A stretch of DNA of 64,000 nucleotides from positions 1 to 64,000 of IMG/VR virus record IMGVR_UViG_3300009514_000017; one strand, given 5' to 3'. Every line of letters begins with the position of its first letter. Position 1 is the first letter of the stretch. Both the position numbers and the translations under genes were made by a program. The notes beneath the pieces were generated by a model, which saw only the letters and a program-made list of their open reading frames with translations, had not been told where the DNA came from and searched no databases. The stretch comes from a virus. This document shows positions 41,215 to 50,239 of the stretch, piece after piece.

Positions 41215-42520
41215 CGACCCACCGAGATAGGTCTATGTCGATGCTCTTCTTTGCTAGAGCTCTAGCTCTGATCTCGTTCATCAATGTGTCACTCCTGCCT
41301 TCATTCGAGGCTTGTACTGCATCCTGCACCAAGCCATCGACGAATTTGTCTCTGCCCTGAGCCTTCAACAGGATGTTCCCATCCTCGTCGGCCAGTGTGT
41401 ACCAGGCTCCGGCTACCTCTATGATTCCGTAGTTCACACCAGCCACTAGGGCATCGGTGTAGAAGTCAGCGTGGCCATTCTCGAATGAGAAGATGAACGA
41501 GCCATTACTCCCTTCGTGGATTCCGGCTTTGCCCTTGTCGATGTTCCAGTAGACCAGCTTCCGGTCGAAGATTCTTCTGTCTTCCATTCCGGTTGGGGTC
41601 ATCTGAGATCTTCTGAAGTCCTTGTCGGGGGAGGCCCCACCTTGTAGTTCAACGCTCGTGAACTTCGTGTGCTCCAGAGCTTTCCCGCCGACGCTTCTGA
41701 ATAGCCCGGGATTGTTCATCTGTTCCCGGATCTGATTGATGGCGATGATGCAGGACGTTCTGGACTGACCGTAGGCATCCTTCTCGATGAAGAGTGACGA
41801 CAGGTGCTGGCAGAACTTCGTCATAGCAACCGACACTCCACCGTACTTCTTCTCACCAATAGAATCCACTTGGGACTCTGAATCTGATAGCAGTGAGCCA
41901 ATGGAGTCTATGATTATAAGGTGATAGACATTGGCTTCCACTGCTTCCAGTACCCCATCGAGTAGATACTCTGCGCTGCGTCCGTACATCTCGTCTATTT
42001 GACCAACAGTAGTCGTTAGGTCTGCCCACTGCTCCTTGGTGAAGGACTCCCCACCTCTGGCTACCTCAGCTCGTTCCATGGCGGCAACGTCTTCGCTGCT
42101 GTAGCCAACCACTACTCCGGCTTTTCGGCCTTGTGTGATGTCTAGACGCATCTCCGAGATGGCGAACAAGACCTTCATCTTCTCCCGTAGCAAGTACTGA
42201 AGTTGGCGAACCACCTGCCACGTTAGATAGGATTTGCCAACGCTGAATCTTCCTTTGATCTCAGAGATGCCAGCACAGGGGAAACCTCCCATCATCTCGG
42301 TGTCGAATGAAATGAGCCCTGTCTGTAATCTCATGTGTCTCCAGACCAGTTCTACATCGGAAGAAGACATGAGCTGGATGCCTTTGTTCTTCGCAACCTT
42401 GGCGAAGACAGCATCTCTCCGCTCATTGCGTGAAGGCATCTTGGCTTCCTGGGTTTTTGCAGCTCCAGGAGTTCTCTTTGCTGAAGCTTTTTTGACCGCT
42501 GCCTTCTTTCTAGCTGCCAT
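41207..42520 (-). CDS. recA: RecA/UvsX recombinase
   Basis: TGLISFD..GGFP; Walker A GRFSVGKS; Walker B IIIDSIGSL; INQIRE; GGKALEH; GAWY. Confidence 0.92.
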   Translation of the reverse strand: MAARKKAAVKKASAKRTPGAAKTQEAKMPSRNERRDAVFAKVAKNKGIQLMSSSDVELVWRHMRLQTGLISFDTEMMGGFPCAGISEIKGRFSVGKSYLTWQVVRQLQYLLREKMKVLFAISEMRLDITQGRKAGVVVGYSSEDVAAMERAEVARGGESFTKEQWADLTTTVGQIDEMYGRSAEYLLDGVLEAVEANVYHLIIIDSIGSLLSDSESQVDSIGEKKYGGVSVAMTKFCQHLSSLFIEKDAYGQSRTSCIIAINQIREQMNNPGLFRSVGGKALEHTKFTSVELQGGASPDKDFRRSQMTPTGMEDRRIFDRKLVYWNIDKGKAGIHEGSNGSFIFSFENGHADFYTDALVAGVNYGIIEVAGAWYTLADEDGNILLKAQGRDKFVDGLVQDAVQASNEGRSDTLMNEIRARALAKKSIDIDLSRWVDE

Positions 42521-42695
42521 CACTCTCCCTTACTTCTGGTCTCTTCTCAAAGGGTTCGGTTCCACAGTTGGGGCAGTATGTTGGAGGCTGTGAGTTGCCA
42601 AGCTTGACCCCACACTTTGGGCACCTGTACTCGCCAAGCTTTTCAGCCTGCTTTACCAGTTCGTCATCAAACTCCACTCCGTACTTTTCCATCAT
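42510..42695 (-). CDS. small zinc-ribbon protein
   Basis: CPKCG...CPNCGTEPFE. Confidence 0.65.
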   Translation of the reverse strand: MMEKYGVEFDDELVKQAEKLGEYRCPKCGVKLGNSQPPTYCPNCGTEPFEKRPEVRESDGS

Positions 42696-42939
42696 GTCTT
42701 CTAAACTCCCTGAACCGTATGACGTTCGTCTTTTTCGATTCCACTTTCAACCCAAACAGCATCTTAGGGGCTATGACAACAGAGTAAAAGCATCCAAACC
42801 CTGTCAGCCTAACGTTCCTGTCTCCGTTGTTTAGTGCGGCTCTCACTGTCTTGATGGTAGACAGGAGAACCTTTTTCACATCAGCCCTGGTCAGATTGGA
42901 ATCCCTAGCTACCTCTGCAATCAGATCGGAGAAAGTCAT
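42667..42939 (-). CDS. hup: HU/IHF-like DNA-binding protein
   Basis: MTFSDLIAEVA..LTRADVKKVL...VRLTGFGCF...IRFR; TGATG coupling to polA. Confidence 0.85.
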   Translation of the reverse strand: MTFSDLIAEVARDSNLTRADVKKVLLSTIKTVRAALNNGDRNVRLTGFGCFYSVVIAPKMLFGLKVESKKTNVIRFREFRRHDGKVRSGV

Positions 42940-44978
42940 CAGTGACACTCCGCCCAATTGTATCCACTGACTGGGCTTACCGGCAGTGGAACTAGAAGTG
43001 GTTGATCAAACGGGTTCTCCATGTGTAGCTTGATTCTTTCACTTGCAGTCTCACAGACCGAGTCATCGTCTGGGATTTCAAAGATCAGTTCATCGTGGAT
43101 CTGCAATAGCAGCCTGCAACCAACCTCGTTCAAGGTTGAATCCCAGAAGCACTTGAGCATGGCCATCATCGCTATGTCGGCAGCAGACCCCTGGATTCGT
43201 GCGTTTACTCCTTGTCGTTCTGCGAGAGCACGTTCCCTCTTTCTCATGGTTCGTACATCACCGAATCTTCGGAACCTACCCATTACAGTCTGAACGTACC
43301 CGACCTTGTTGATCATCTTCTTGTCGTACTCAATGAACTCAAACACTCCTGGGAAGACGTTGAACCACTGGTCGATTAGATCGAACCCGTCTCTCTCCGA
43401 GTAGACCACTGCACCCTTGCTTTCCTTCGTGAGGTTTGCTGCCAGCAGCCTGCCACCGATGCCGTAGATGATGCCAAAGCCAACAGCCTTCGCACCTTGT
43501 CGTCTCTGAAGTAGGTCACGTTCAGTGCTTGTCAGTTCTCTATTCAGTTTGCCAGACTTGATAGCATCGTCTGCTGTCTTGGCTGCAACCACCTCTTCAT
43601 AGCTGACTCTCCCGTTGCTCATCTCAGCGACGGTCAGACAGTGGATATCAACTCCATCGATGATCGCTTGAATCATCTTTCGGTCTTTGGAGAAGTGCGC
43701 CATCAGCCGCATCTCGAGCTGCGCGTAGTCAGCCACCAGCAATCTCATAGCTATACTGGCTATGAACGCTTTCCTGATCTTGAACTCGTCTCCACCTGGA
43801 CGAGGGATGTTCTGAAGGTTTGGTTTCGAGCTGGACAATCGACCCGTGACAGTGCCGTGCTGATTTAGGGTGGTGTGCATCCTCCCATCGTCGGCTACGA
43901 TATCTCTCATCCCCTTTACATAGGTGCTGTGGATCTTGCTCAACTTCCTATGACGCATGAGGATGTTGGACAGCGGGTCTCCCATGCCTGCCCACGTCTC
44001 CAACGTGTCCTTGTCCAGAGATGGCTTCTTGATGCCAGAAGCCCCTCCGCTCGTGTACTCGATTGGTGTGTACCCGAGCTTGTCGAAGAACAGAGTTCGT
44101 AGCTGGTCTGTGGAGTTCAGATTTATGATTTGACCGGCAGCCTTGCCAAACTCCTTCTCTATCGACTCAATCTCTTTGAGCATTCCTGGAGCGATGGCAT
44201 CCAGGTGTGCAAGATCGATATTGAATCCAGTCCGCTCCATACTGAATAGGACCTTAGTGAATGGAACGCATACGGTGTAGAAGAACCGTTTGGCAGTCAT
44301 GCCAGAGTACAGCTCTATCTCTTCCAGTACTTCGTCGTACTTAATGCGAAGGGTGGTGTGGTTGTACGCATCTATAGATGCGTAGTCTGTTGCGGGAACT
44401 ACCTTCTCCGGGTCTGCCAGTGCCGTGTAGATGAGCTCCCCTTCTGTCTTTTTCTCCTCACCCTTCTTCTTGATGTTCTTCCCAAAGATCTCGGCAAAGG
44501 TAGGTGGCATCCACCCGAACCACGCGAAGATGTTCTCCTTCAACCCGTGTCTGCCCTGCTTGTTCTCGTCGTGTAACCACGACATGACACTGGTGTCTCG
44601 CAACTCTCCTGCCTTGGTTATATCGATTCCACGATTGGCGAGCATGTGGGCGTCGAACTTGGCATTGGATATATCGAAGTTGGTTTGTGGGCTTTCGAGA
44701 AGAGGCCGAAAGATTGGTAGGAGCTCTGCTGTTAGACAGATCCTGGTGTTCACATCCGATAGCGACCAGATGATTGGATAGGACCTCATATTGTTTATGC
44801 CGGTCGTTTCCGTGTCTAGTCCCAGCCCGTTGTTAACGAACCTCGATTGCATGTAGTAGTCGAGCCACTGCTCTGCGTCCTGTTGGAGGCAGACGAAATG
44901 GGATGGCGGAAGCTGAATATTGAATGCTTGCATGGGGTAGAAAGGTGGTCCCCGCTTTTGGCGGGGACCACCTCTCAT
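42939..44978 (-). CDS. polA: family A DNA polymerase with 3'-5' exonuclease
   Basis: Exo I LDTETTG, Exo II NAKFD, Exo III YASID; motif A ADYAQLEMR, motif B KAVGFGIIYG, motif C QIHDE. Start is either 44978 or 44933. Confidence 0.95.
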   Translation of the reverse strand: MRGGPRQKRGPPFYPMQAFNIQLPPSHFVCLQQDAEQWLDYYMQSRFVNNGLGLDTETTGINNMRSYPIIWSLSDVNTRICLTAELLPIFRPLLESPQTNFDISNAKFDAHMLANRGIDITKAGELRDTSVMSWLHDENKQGRHGLKENIFAWFGWMPPTFAEIFGKNIKKKGEEKKTEGELIYTALADPEKVVPATDYASIDAYNHTTLRIKYDEVLEEIELYSGMTAKRFFYTVCVPFTKVLFSMERTGFNIDLAHLDAIAPGMLKEIESIEKEFGKAAGQIINLNSTDQLRTLFFDKLGYTPIEYTSGGASGIKKPSLDKDTLETWAGMGDPLSNILMRHRKLSKIHSTYVKGMRDIVADDGRMHTTLNQHGTVTGRLSSSKPNLQNIPRPGGDEFKIRKAFIASIAMRLLVADYAQLEMRLMAHFSKDRKMIQAIIDGVDIHCLTVAEMSNGRVSYEEVVAAKTADDAIKSGKLNRELTSTERDLLQRRQGAKAVGFGIIYGIGGRLLAANLTKESKGAVVYSERDGFDLIDQWFNVFPGVFEFIEYDKKMINKVGYVQTVMGRFRRFGDVRTMRKRERALAERQGVNARIQGSAADIAMMAMLKCFWDSTLNEVGCRLLLQIHDELIFEIPDDDSVCETASERIKLHMENPFDQPLLVPLPVSPVSGYNWAECH
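44943..44973 (-). terminator. GC-rich hairpin between the SSB candidate and polA (terminator or attenuator)
   Basis: 13-bp stem aggtggtccccgc/gcggggaccacct, followed on the - strand by ttcta. Confidence 0.6.
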
Positions 44979-44984
44979 TACCTC

Positions 44985-46340
44985 CTAGTATGGAACGTCC
45001 TCTTCTTCTCCCTCATCGTTGTTACTGAACTGAGGAGGGGGAGAGAACTGAGGGGGAGAGGGGAAGGGAGCCGGCTGTGGTGCGTACCCATTGGTAGGGG
45101 ATGGTCTCTGTGGCTGCTGCGCGTACATCTGCTGCGGAGCCATCTGCTGCCCTTGTGGGAATCCCATAGGCGGTTGACCATAGCCTGGAACCGGGGCTCC
45201 ATACTGTGGTGCCATGTGGGAGAGATTGAGTTCCATCCGATCTGCGTGTGCCTTTGGGTCTAGCGGCTTGTGGATTTCGCGGAAGTCGAACGGCTCTGCC
45301 GTCAACTCCTCCAATCTCTGCTGAAGAGTCTGTTCGTGTAGCAGGGCCGGGTTGACCCTCTTCGAGAACTCCTCTACGGACTCGAACTTGCTGAGGACCA
45401 TGTGACTGTTGGTTCCCTCACCCTGACGCAGACCGTGCAGGACTACGTCAAACATCGACTGAGAGGTTCCGGTCTGATTGCAGGATGAACAGACCGAGTA
45501 CTCCTTCAGTGCAACCATTGTCCGACAGGTTGGGCATGGATGCCTCTGAACGACGATCTTTGCCAGTTCATCATCCGATCCCGGATACGTCGCTGCATCG
45601 ATGATCGCGGTGTTGCAGGTGGGGCAATAGAAGCAGACTGCCTTAACTTCACCACCACACTGACAACGAGTTGATACGAGCTGGTCCCACGCTTCTAGGT
45701 CTGCAAGGTGACCACTCCCGATCTCGAAGTAGCGCTTCTTCCCCAGCACGTCCACCACGCTGTCTCCGTAGTTCGGCCAGTATTCTCCCTGCTGTAGGTT
45801 GGCCGGTGGGTGACCAGCCCTGACTCGGCAGAAGTTGCAGGCTCTGCCAACACACTCGTCATCCACCATGACGAATTCATTGGTCTCCTTCTTCTGCACC
45901 CACTGATTGTCCTTGGTTCCCCACAGAGGGTGCCGGTGATAGATCCCGAGGTGAGCCACAGTGAAGTAGAACTTGTCCTTCAGGTTGATGGTCTTGTCAC
46001 CCTGGTCCATGTGCATGCAGGACAGGCAGGGCTGTGGATTGTATGGGTCGGTTCCTGCGGAGCACGGAACATCTCTGAACTTGACCTGACTGATCTTGCG
46101 AGTGTGGGTCGGTATCCGACAGAACGGTAGCCTCACGTCCTTTGGCTGCCCGGTGGCTGGGTCTAGCTCCACCAGGTCCGGAGACGGGTTCGTCTCCACG
46201 TAATCACCATTCACGATGATGATCGGAGTAGGGCTCGAGGGTAGACGCAGGCGGTCCCTCCAACTCCCATACTTCTTCTTCCTGCCACCAGCGGCATTGA
46301 TGGCACGAGCGCCTCTCCGGAAGTTACTTGTTAGGGACAT
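44985..46340 (-). CDS. putative single-stranded DNA-binding protein with multiple Zn-finger motifs
   Basis: Lies between primase and polymerase; acidic C-terminal tail EGEEEDVPY resembles SSB DDIPF tails; many CxxC pairs; P/Q linker. Confidence 0.55.
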   Translation of the reverse strand: MSLTSNFRRGARAINAAGGRKKKYGSWRDRLRLPSSPTPIIIVNGDYVETNPSPDLVELDPATGQPKDVRLPFCRIPTHTRKISQVKFRDVPCSAGTDPYNPQPCLSCMHMDQGDKTINLKDKFYFTVAHLGIYHRHPLWGTKDNQWVQKKETNEFVMVDDECVGRACNFCRVRAGHPPANLQQGEYWPNYGDSVVDVLGKKRYFEIGSGHLADLEAWDQLVSTRCQCGGEVKAVCFYCPTCNTAIIDAATYPGSDDELAKIVVQRHPCPTCRTMVALKEYSVCSSCNQTGTSQSMFDVVLHGLRQGEGTNSHMVLSKFESVEEFSKRVNPALLHEQTLQQRLEELTAEPFDFREIHKPLDPKAHADRMELNLSHMAPQYGAPVPGYGQPPMGFPQGQQMAPQQMYAQQPQRPSPTNGYAPQPAPFPSPPQFSPPPQFSNNDEGEEEDVPY

Positions 46341-47424
46341 ACAGTTTTCCTCTCTTCCTCATTACTGCGTTCAAGTGCTCTATGTACAACATGGAACTTA
46401 TAACGAACTCGCGAATGCCTTCTGGCTCGTAGTCGTCTGGTTGAGTGTTGGAGTCATCCTCAGGATACTGCATGACCATGACCTTGCCTCTCGACACCTC
46501 CCATAGTTGATCTCCTATGGTGAGTGCAGCCTCTATTCCGGCGCTGTCGTTGTCTAGACAGAGGACGAAGGTAACTCCCAATCTCTCCAGTATTCGTTTC
46601 TGGTAGCGCGTCAAGGAGCTCCCCATGAGTGCCACAGTGTTTGAGAACCCAGACTGAATCATCCACAGGCATGCCTTGAACCCTTCGGTGATGAAGAGCG
46701 TACCCTGCCCGTCGGACATCCCAACTAGGCTTGGATAGATGCGGTTCAAGTTCCAGATATACTTACGGTTTTCCAGGTGGTAGGTCGGGAACATCTCATC
46801 GAACCAGCTCCCATAGTCACTTGGGATGACAGTTCCATCTCGTCGTTTTCTGCACCCTTCGTAGACGTGGTACTTGGGTTGCTGGCTGCTGATGGTTGCG
46901 CCACCTGAATATCCGACCAAGCCGCCGTACACATCCCTGATTGGATACATGATTCTTTGGCGTTTCTTGTCGTACCCAATCTCCATGTCGGCCAAGAGTT
47001 GAGTATCAAACCCTTTCTCTGTCAGGGCGGTGGGTGTGTGGTCGTATACACCCACCAGTGCTTCCGGTAGAACTACGTCCGCCTTGTAGGGATCTTTGTC
47101 AGAGAAGAAATGCTTTTCTGTGAAGTCGTGTATCTGACGATTGCGATCCAGTACAGGCTGGATGGTGCTCGTCTCTGCATCAATGATGTGCCTAGCAACT
47201 CCAAGGAGCCGCAGCAGTCGTTTGATGTCTCCGCCCTTGGAGGCTGGACATCCTTCCGTGAAGCAGTGGAATAGTCCCTTCTCGAGGTTGACTGAGAATG
47301 ACGGTCTATTCTCGGACCCACCCTTGTGAAACGGGCACTTCGTCAGGACGTTCCCCATCATCCCGCCACGGAAGTGCGACGTAGGCATGTACTTCTGAAT
47401 GAGTGACAGAACCTCCTGCTGCAT
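46324..47424 (-). CDS. dnaG: DNA primase (CHC2 Zn finger plus Toprim)
   Basis: CPFH..PSFSVN..FHCFTEGC; YPIRD..G.LVGYSG; ITEG; LCLDNDSAG. Confidence 0.9.
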   Translation of the reverse strand: MQQEVLSLIQKYMPTSHFRGGMMGNVLTKCPFHKGGSENRPSFSVNLEKGLFHCFTEGCPASKGGDIKRLLRLLGVARHIIDAETSTIQPVLDRNRQIHDFTEKHFFSDKDPYKADVVLPEALVGVYDHTPTALTEKGFDTQLLADMEIGYDKKRQRIMYPIRDVYGGLVGYSGGATISSQQPKYHVYEGCRKRRDGTVIPSDYGSWFDEMFPTYHLENRKYIWNLNRIYPSLVGMSDGQGTLFITEGFKACLWMIQSGFSNTVALMGSSLTRYQKRILERLGVTFVLCLDNDSAGIEAALTIGDQLWEVSRGKVMVMQYPEDDSNTQPDDYEPEGIREFVISSMLYIEHLNAVMRKRGKLYVPNK

Positions 47425-47443
47425 TAGTCTTCCTCATGGATGA

Positions 47444-48838
47444 CTACCTTCGACCAAACTGTGGTGGTGGAATATGTGCTGGCAGGTTGTTGGACCCGCC
47501 GGGCAAGTTTCCACTGGTCTTCTGTTGCTTCTTCTTCTCACCATACTCACGCATCTCTTCAACGCTGGAGTAGGACTTGATGAAGCTGAAGTCAGTCGAT
47601 GGAATTGCGTTTATGATGAACCCGTCTATGTCGGTCTCACGAGTTCCAGGCATACCAACGATGATCTCATTGGCATGAGTTTCAGGATTCTTGACCTTGT
47701 TGATTTTGTAGACAACGTCTGCATCTTGGCCAAGAGCATCTGCATATCCAATCTCGGTCAGGTCTTCACCACGAGATCCTTGACTACCTCTGTTCGCCTG
47801 AGTGATCCCAACCACTGGGATGCTGAAGTCTCTGGCTAGACCTTTCGCATCCTGTGAGATGTTGGTGATGTTCTTCCAATCCACGGACTTGGTCTTAGAT
47901 CTGTCGTCCTTCATCAGGTAGAGGCCATCGATGAACACGATGTCTGGGTCCAGCTCTTCTATCTTTGATCGAATCCACGACATCCCACCACCATCTGCTA
48001 CTCCCCTATCCGACAACAGAATGAGGAATGGGCGTTTGATCCCATAATAGGATGCTGCTTCCTCGTCCTCTTTCAAACTGGAAGCCATTGTCCACACATA
48101 GTTGAGGATGTGCGGTTGCAGTTGACCCTTCTTGAACGCCGAGTAATCAACACGAGCGAGAAGAGTGATGATCCTGCGTCTGAGTGCAGCAACACTCATC
48201 TCTCTGGAGAAGAAGATCACTCTCTTCCTGGCCATCGTGTAACAGAAGGTCGCCATCATAAGGGCAACCCAAGTCTTCATGCTCTTAGGTCGTCCGAAGA
48301 TGACGATGAACTCTTCCGGGTTCATCCCTAGTAGTTCCTGGTTCAACACGTCCCACGGATAAGGGATGCCGGTTATTCCACCACCAACTACTATATCTTC
48401 ATACTCTTCGCGGATGCTTTGGTATGCATCAGCCATGGACAGGTCTTCACCGCTTGTGTAGGACCTGTTGATAGAGAGGACTCTCTCCCTCGCTATCTCA
48501 AGAAGTTCTTGTGGATCTCCACTAGCCCCGGTTATCAACTCCTGTCCGAGGTTGTACAGATCAATCTTCTGTTTTTCTCTGCGAATGTGGTCACAGAGAA
48601 CCGGAACCGAGTCTGGTGCGTACATCAACTGGAAGGATGGAAACGTTTGTCTCAGCATGTCGATGCTGGGAACTTGTCCAGATGTTGCTGGAGATCTATA
48701 AATCCTTCTCAGGTGCCTGTAGATCTCTTTGGCTTCCGCTGATGAGAAGAAGTCCTCGTCGATCTTCGCCCTGTCCAGTGACCGGAAATCCGAATCTTGT
48801 ATAACCCTCGAGATGAGGGCGAATTCGATATTGCTCAC
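47444..48838 (-). CDS. dnaB: DnaB-like replicative helicase (SF4)
   Basis: GIPYPW..LN..L.G; Walker A GRPKSMKT; FSREMS; Walker B VFIDGLYLM; QANR; QDAD. Confidence 0.9.
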   Translation of the reverse strand: MSNIEFALISRVIQDSDFRSLDRAKIDEDFFSSAEAKEIYRHLRRIYRSPATSGQVPSIDMLRQTFPSFQLMYAPDSVPVLCDHIRREKQKIDLYNLGQELITGASGDPQELLEIARERVLSINRSYTSGEDLSMADAYQSIREEYEDIVVGGGITGIPYPWDVLNQELLGMNPEEFIVIFGRPKSMKTWVALMMATFCYTMARKRVIFFSREMSVAALRRRIITLLARVDYSAFKKGQLQPHILNYVWTMASSLKEDEEAASYYGIKRPFLILLSDRGVADGGGMSWIRSKIEELDPDIVFIDGLYLMKDDRSKTKSVDWKNITNISQDAKGLARDFSIPVVGITQANRGSQGSRGEDLTEIGYADALGQDADVVYKINKVKNPETHANEIIVGMPGTRETDIDGFIINAIPSTDFSFIKSYSSVEEMREYGEKKKQQKTSGNLPGGSNNLPAHIPPPQFGRR

Positions 48839-48921
48839 ATTCCTCCCGTCTCAGGGTGTGTTGAGCATCTCATAACACTCTGGGTCGTACCTTGTCTCAG
48901 ATTTTGGTTGGTTCTTGAAGG

Positions 48922-49248
48922 TCAAAGACTGGGGATACCATCACTAGAGCCGTCGTTCAGTTCGGACTCTAGTCCTTGTGGTCTAACAACCAGCTCACCA
49001 ACGGACACGAACAGGTCAGCAGCTATGTCCAATTCCATAGATCTGACTAGCTCGCTCATGATCTCCAGAGTTCTATCACTCCACCCGACCAGCCTTGTGT
49101 TTGGGCCAACTCGGATGTGTGATTCCTCGTTCTGATCTGATGCTAGATAGTAGGTAGACCCGAGGCTGAACGCCTCGCTGTTGAGTTGTGAAAACGTGAT
49201 GTTGGCTATCGACACGTTCGTGAGCTTGCATCCAGAGCCTGGAGTCAT
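48922..49248 (-). CDS. hypothetical protein
   Basis: AGGAG upstream; on the operon strand. Confidence 0.6.
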   Translation of the reverse strand: MTPGSGCKLTNVSIANITFSQLNSEAFSLGSTYYLASDQNEESHIRVGPNTRLVGWSDRTLEIMSELVRSMELDIAADLFVSVGELVVRPQGLESELNDGSSDGIPSL

Positions 49249-49256
49249 GTTCTCTC

Positions 49257-49637
49257 CTAGAACTTGTAGGCGTCGGGACGACCGCGCTGAGCCAGCATCT
49301 GTCTCAGCTGACTCTCTGCTTCTTCAAATGCCTGCTGCGCTAAGGCCCCAGCATAGTACTTGACCAGGGTCGCAGCCTGCTGGAATGAGGAATCGTCTTC
49401 GTCTCCTTCGTTGCATGCAGCAGACACAGTGAAGGAACCAGATACTCCTGTACCAAAGTCCTTCATGCTGAAGTCCTTTGTAGAAGAAACTCGTAGCTGT
49501 GCGTTTCCGATCAACGGCTGAAATCGTGACATCATTTCCTCGTCAGGTTGCTGGTCGATAGCAAATGGATACATCTCATCACCGAGGATGATCTGCACCC
49601 TGCCAGAAATTCTTGGCTCAACCAGGATAGCGTCCAC
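49257..49637 (-). CDS. hypothetical protein
   Basis: TAGTG coupling to the upstream gene. Confidence 0.6.
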   Translation of the reverse strand: MDAILVEPRISGRVQIILGDEMYPFAIDQQPDEEMMSRFQPLIGNAQLRVSSTKDFSMKDFGTGVSGSFTVSAACNEGDEDDSSFQQAATLVKYYAGALAQQAFEEAESQLRQMLAQRGRPDAYKF

Positions 49638-50239
49638 TACTTGATCTCACCAAGAAATAGAACTGGCCTAGCTCCAGATACGACAGCCGTGGATTCCATC
49701 TCGTCGTAGGCTTCATCAATCACTTTCTCGAGGTTGTGCTCCTCCAGCCAGACCAGAACGTTCGGGAAGTCGATGTTCCACTCGTATGAAACCAGGGACT
49801 TTTCATTCCCGCTCTTGTCATAGGTCTTCAGTGCCATGAGCTCATCGAGCTTGCCCAATTTGCGCAGCTCATCGAACAACTCGTCTGAAGAGAACCGCCT
49901 CTTGGTTCTTGACTCCACTTTCAGAGTTCCTACCGTGAGCCTGGTAGCGTTTCCTCTAGGTCCCCGAAGGTTATCCGGGTCCAGCTTGATGGCATCTCTC
50001 AGCTTGATTTTAGCTTTAGCCAACTCACCGTTTCGCCGCTCTACCAATCTGGCAATGTGGTCAAGCGCAAGGACGTGCTGAGACATCAAGTGATTGATGT
50101 CTGGCATGGTGTTCCAAGCAGGTATCAAGTATCTACCGGTCTTGAACTCTTCGATGAAATCCTTCATCTCCTGGTCTGCATCCTCGAATGCAGCAACAGC
50201 TATTTCATGTTCCTTCTGTTCAATTATAGGCTGTTCCAT
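49637..50239 (-). CDS. hypothetical protein
   Basis: 200 aa, charged, on the operon strand. Confidence 0.65.
   Translation of the reverse strand: MEQPIIEQKEHEIAVAAFEDADQEMKDFIEEFKTGRYLIPAWNTMPDINHLMSQHVLALDHIARLVERRNGELAKAKIKLRDAIKLDPDNLRGPRGNATRLTVGTLKVESRTKRRFSSDELFDELRKLGKLDELMALKTYDKSGNEKSLVSYEWNIDFPNVLVWLEEHNLEKVIDEAYDEMESTAVVSGARPVLFLGEIK

Noticed and set aside
41207-48838. Additional inteins in RecA, PolA or DnaB
   Set aside because: Motif spacing is near normal and no C...HN/GN splice blocks were found.
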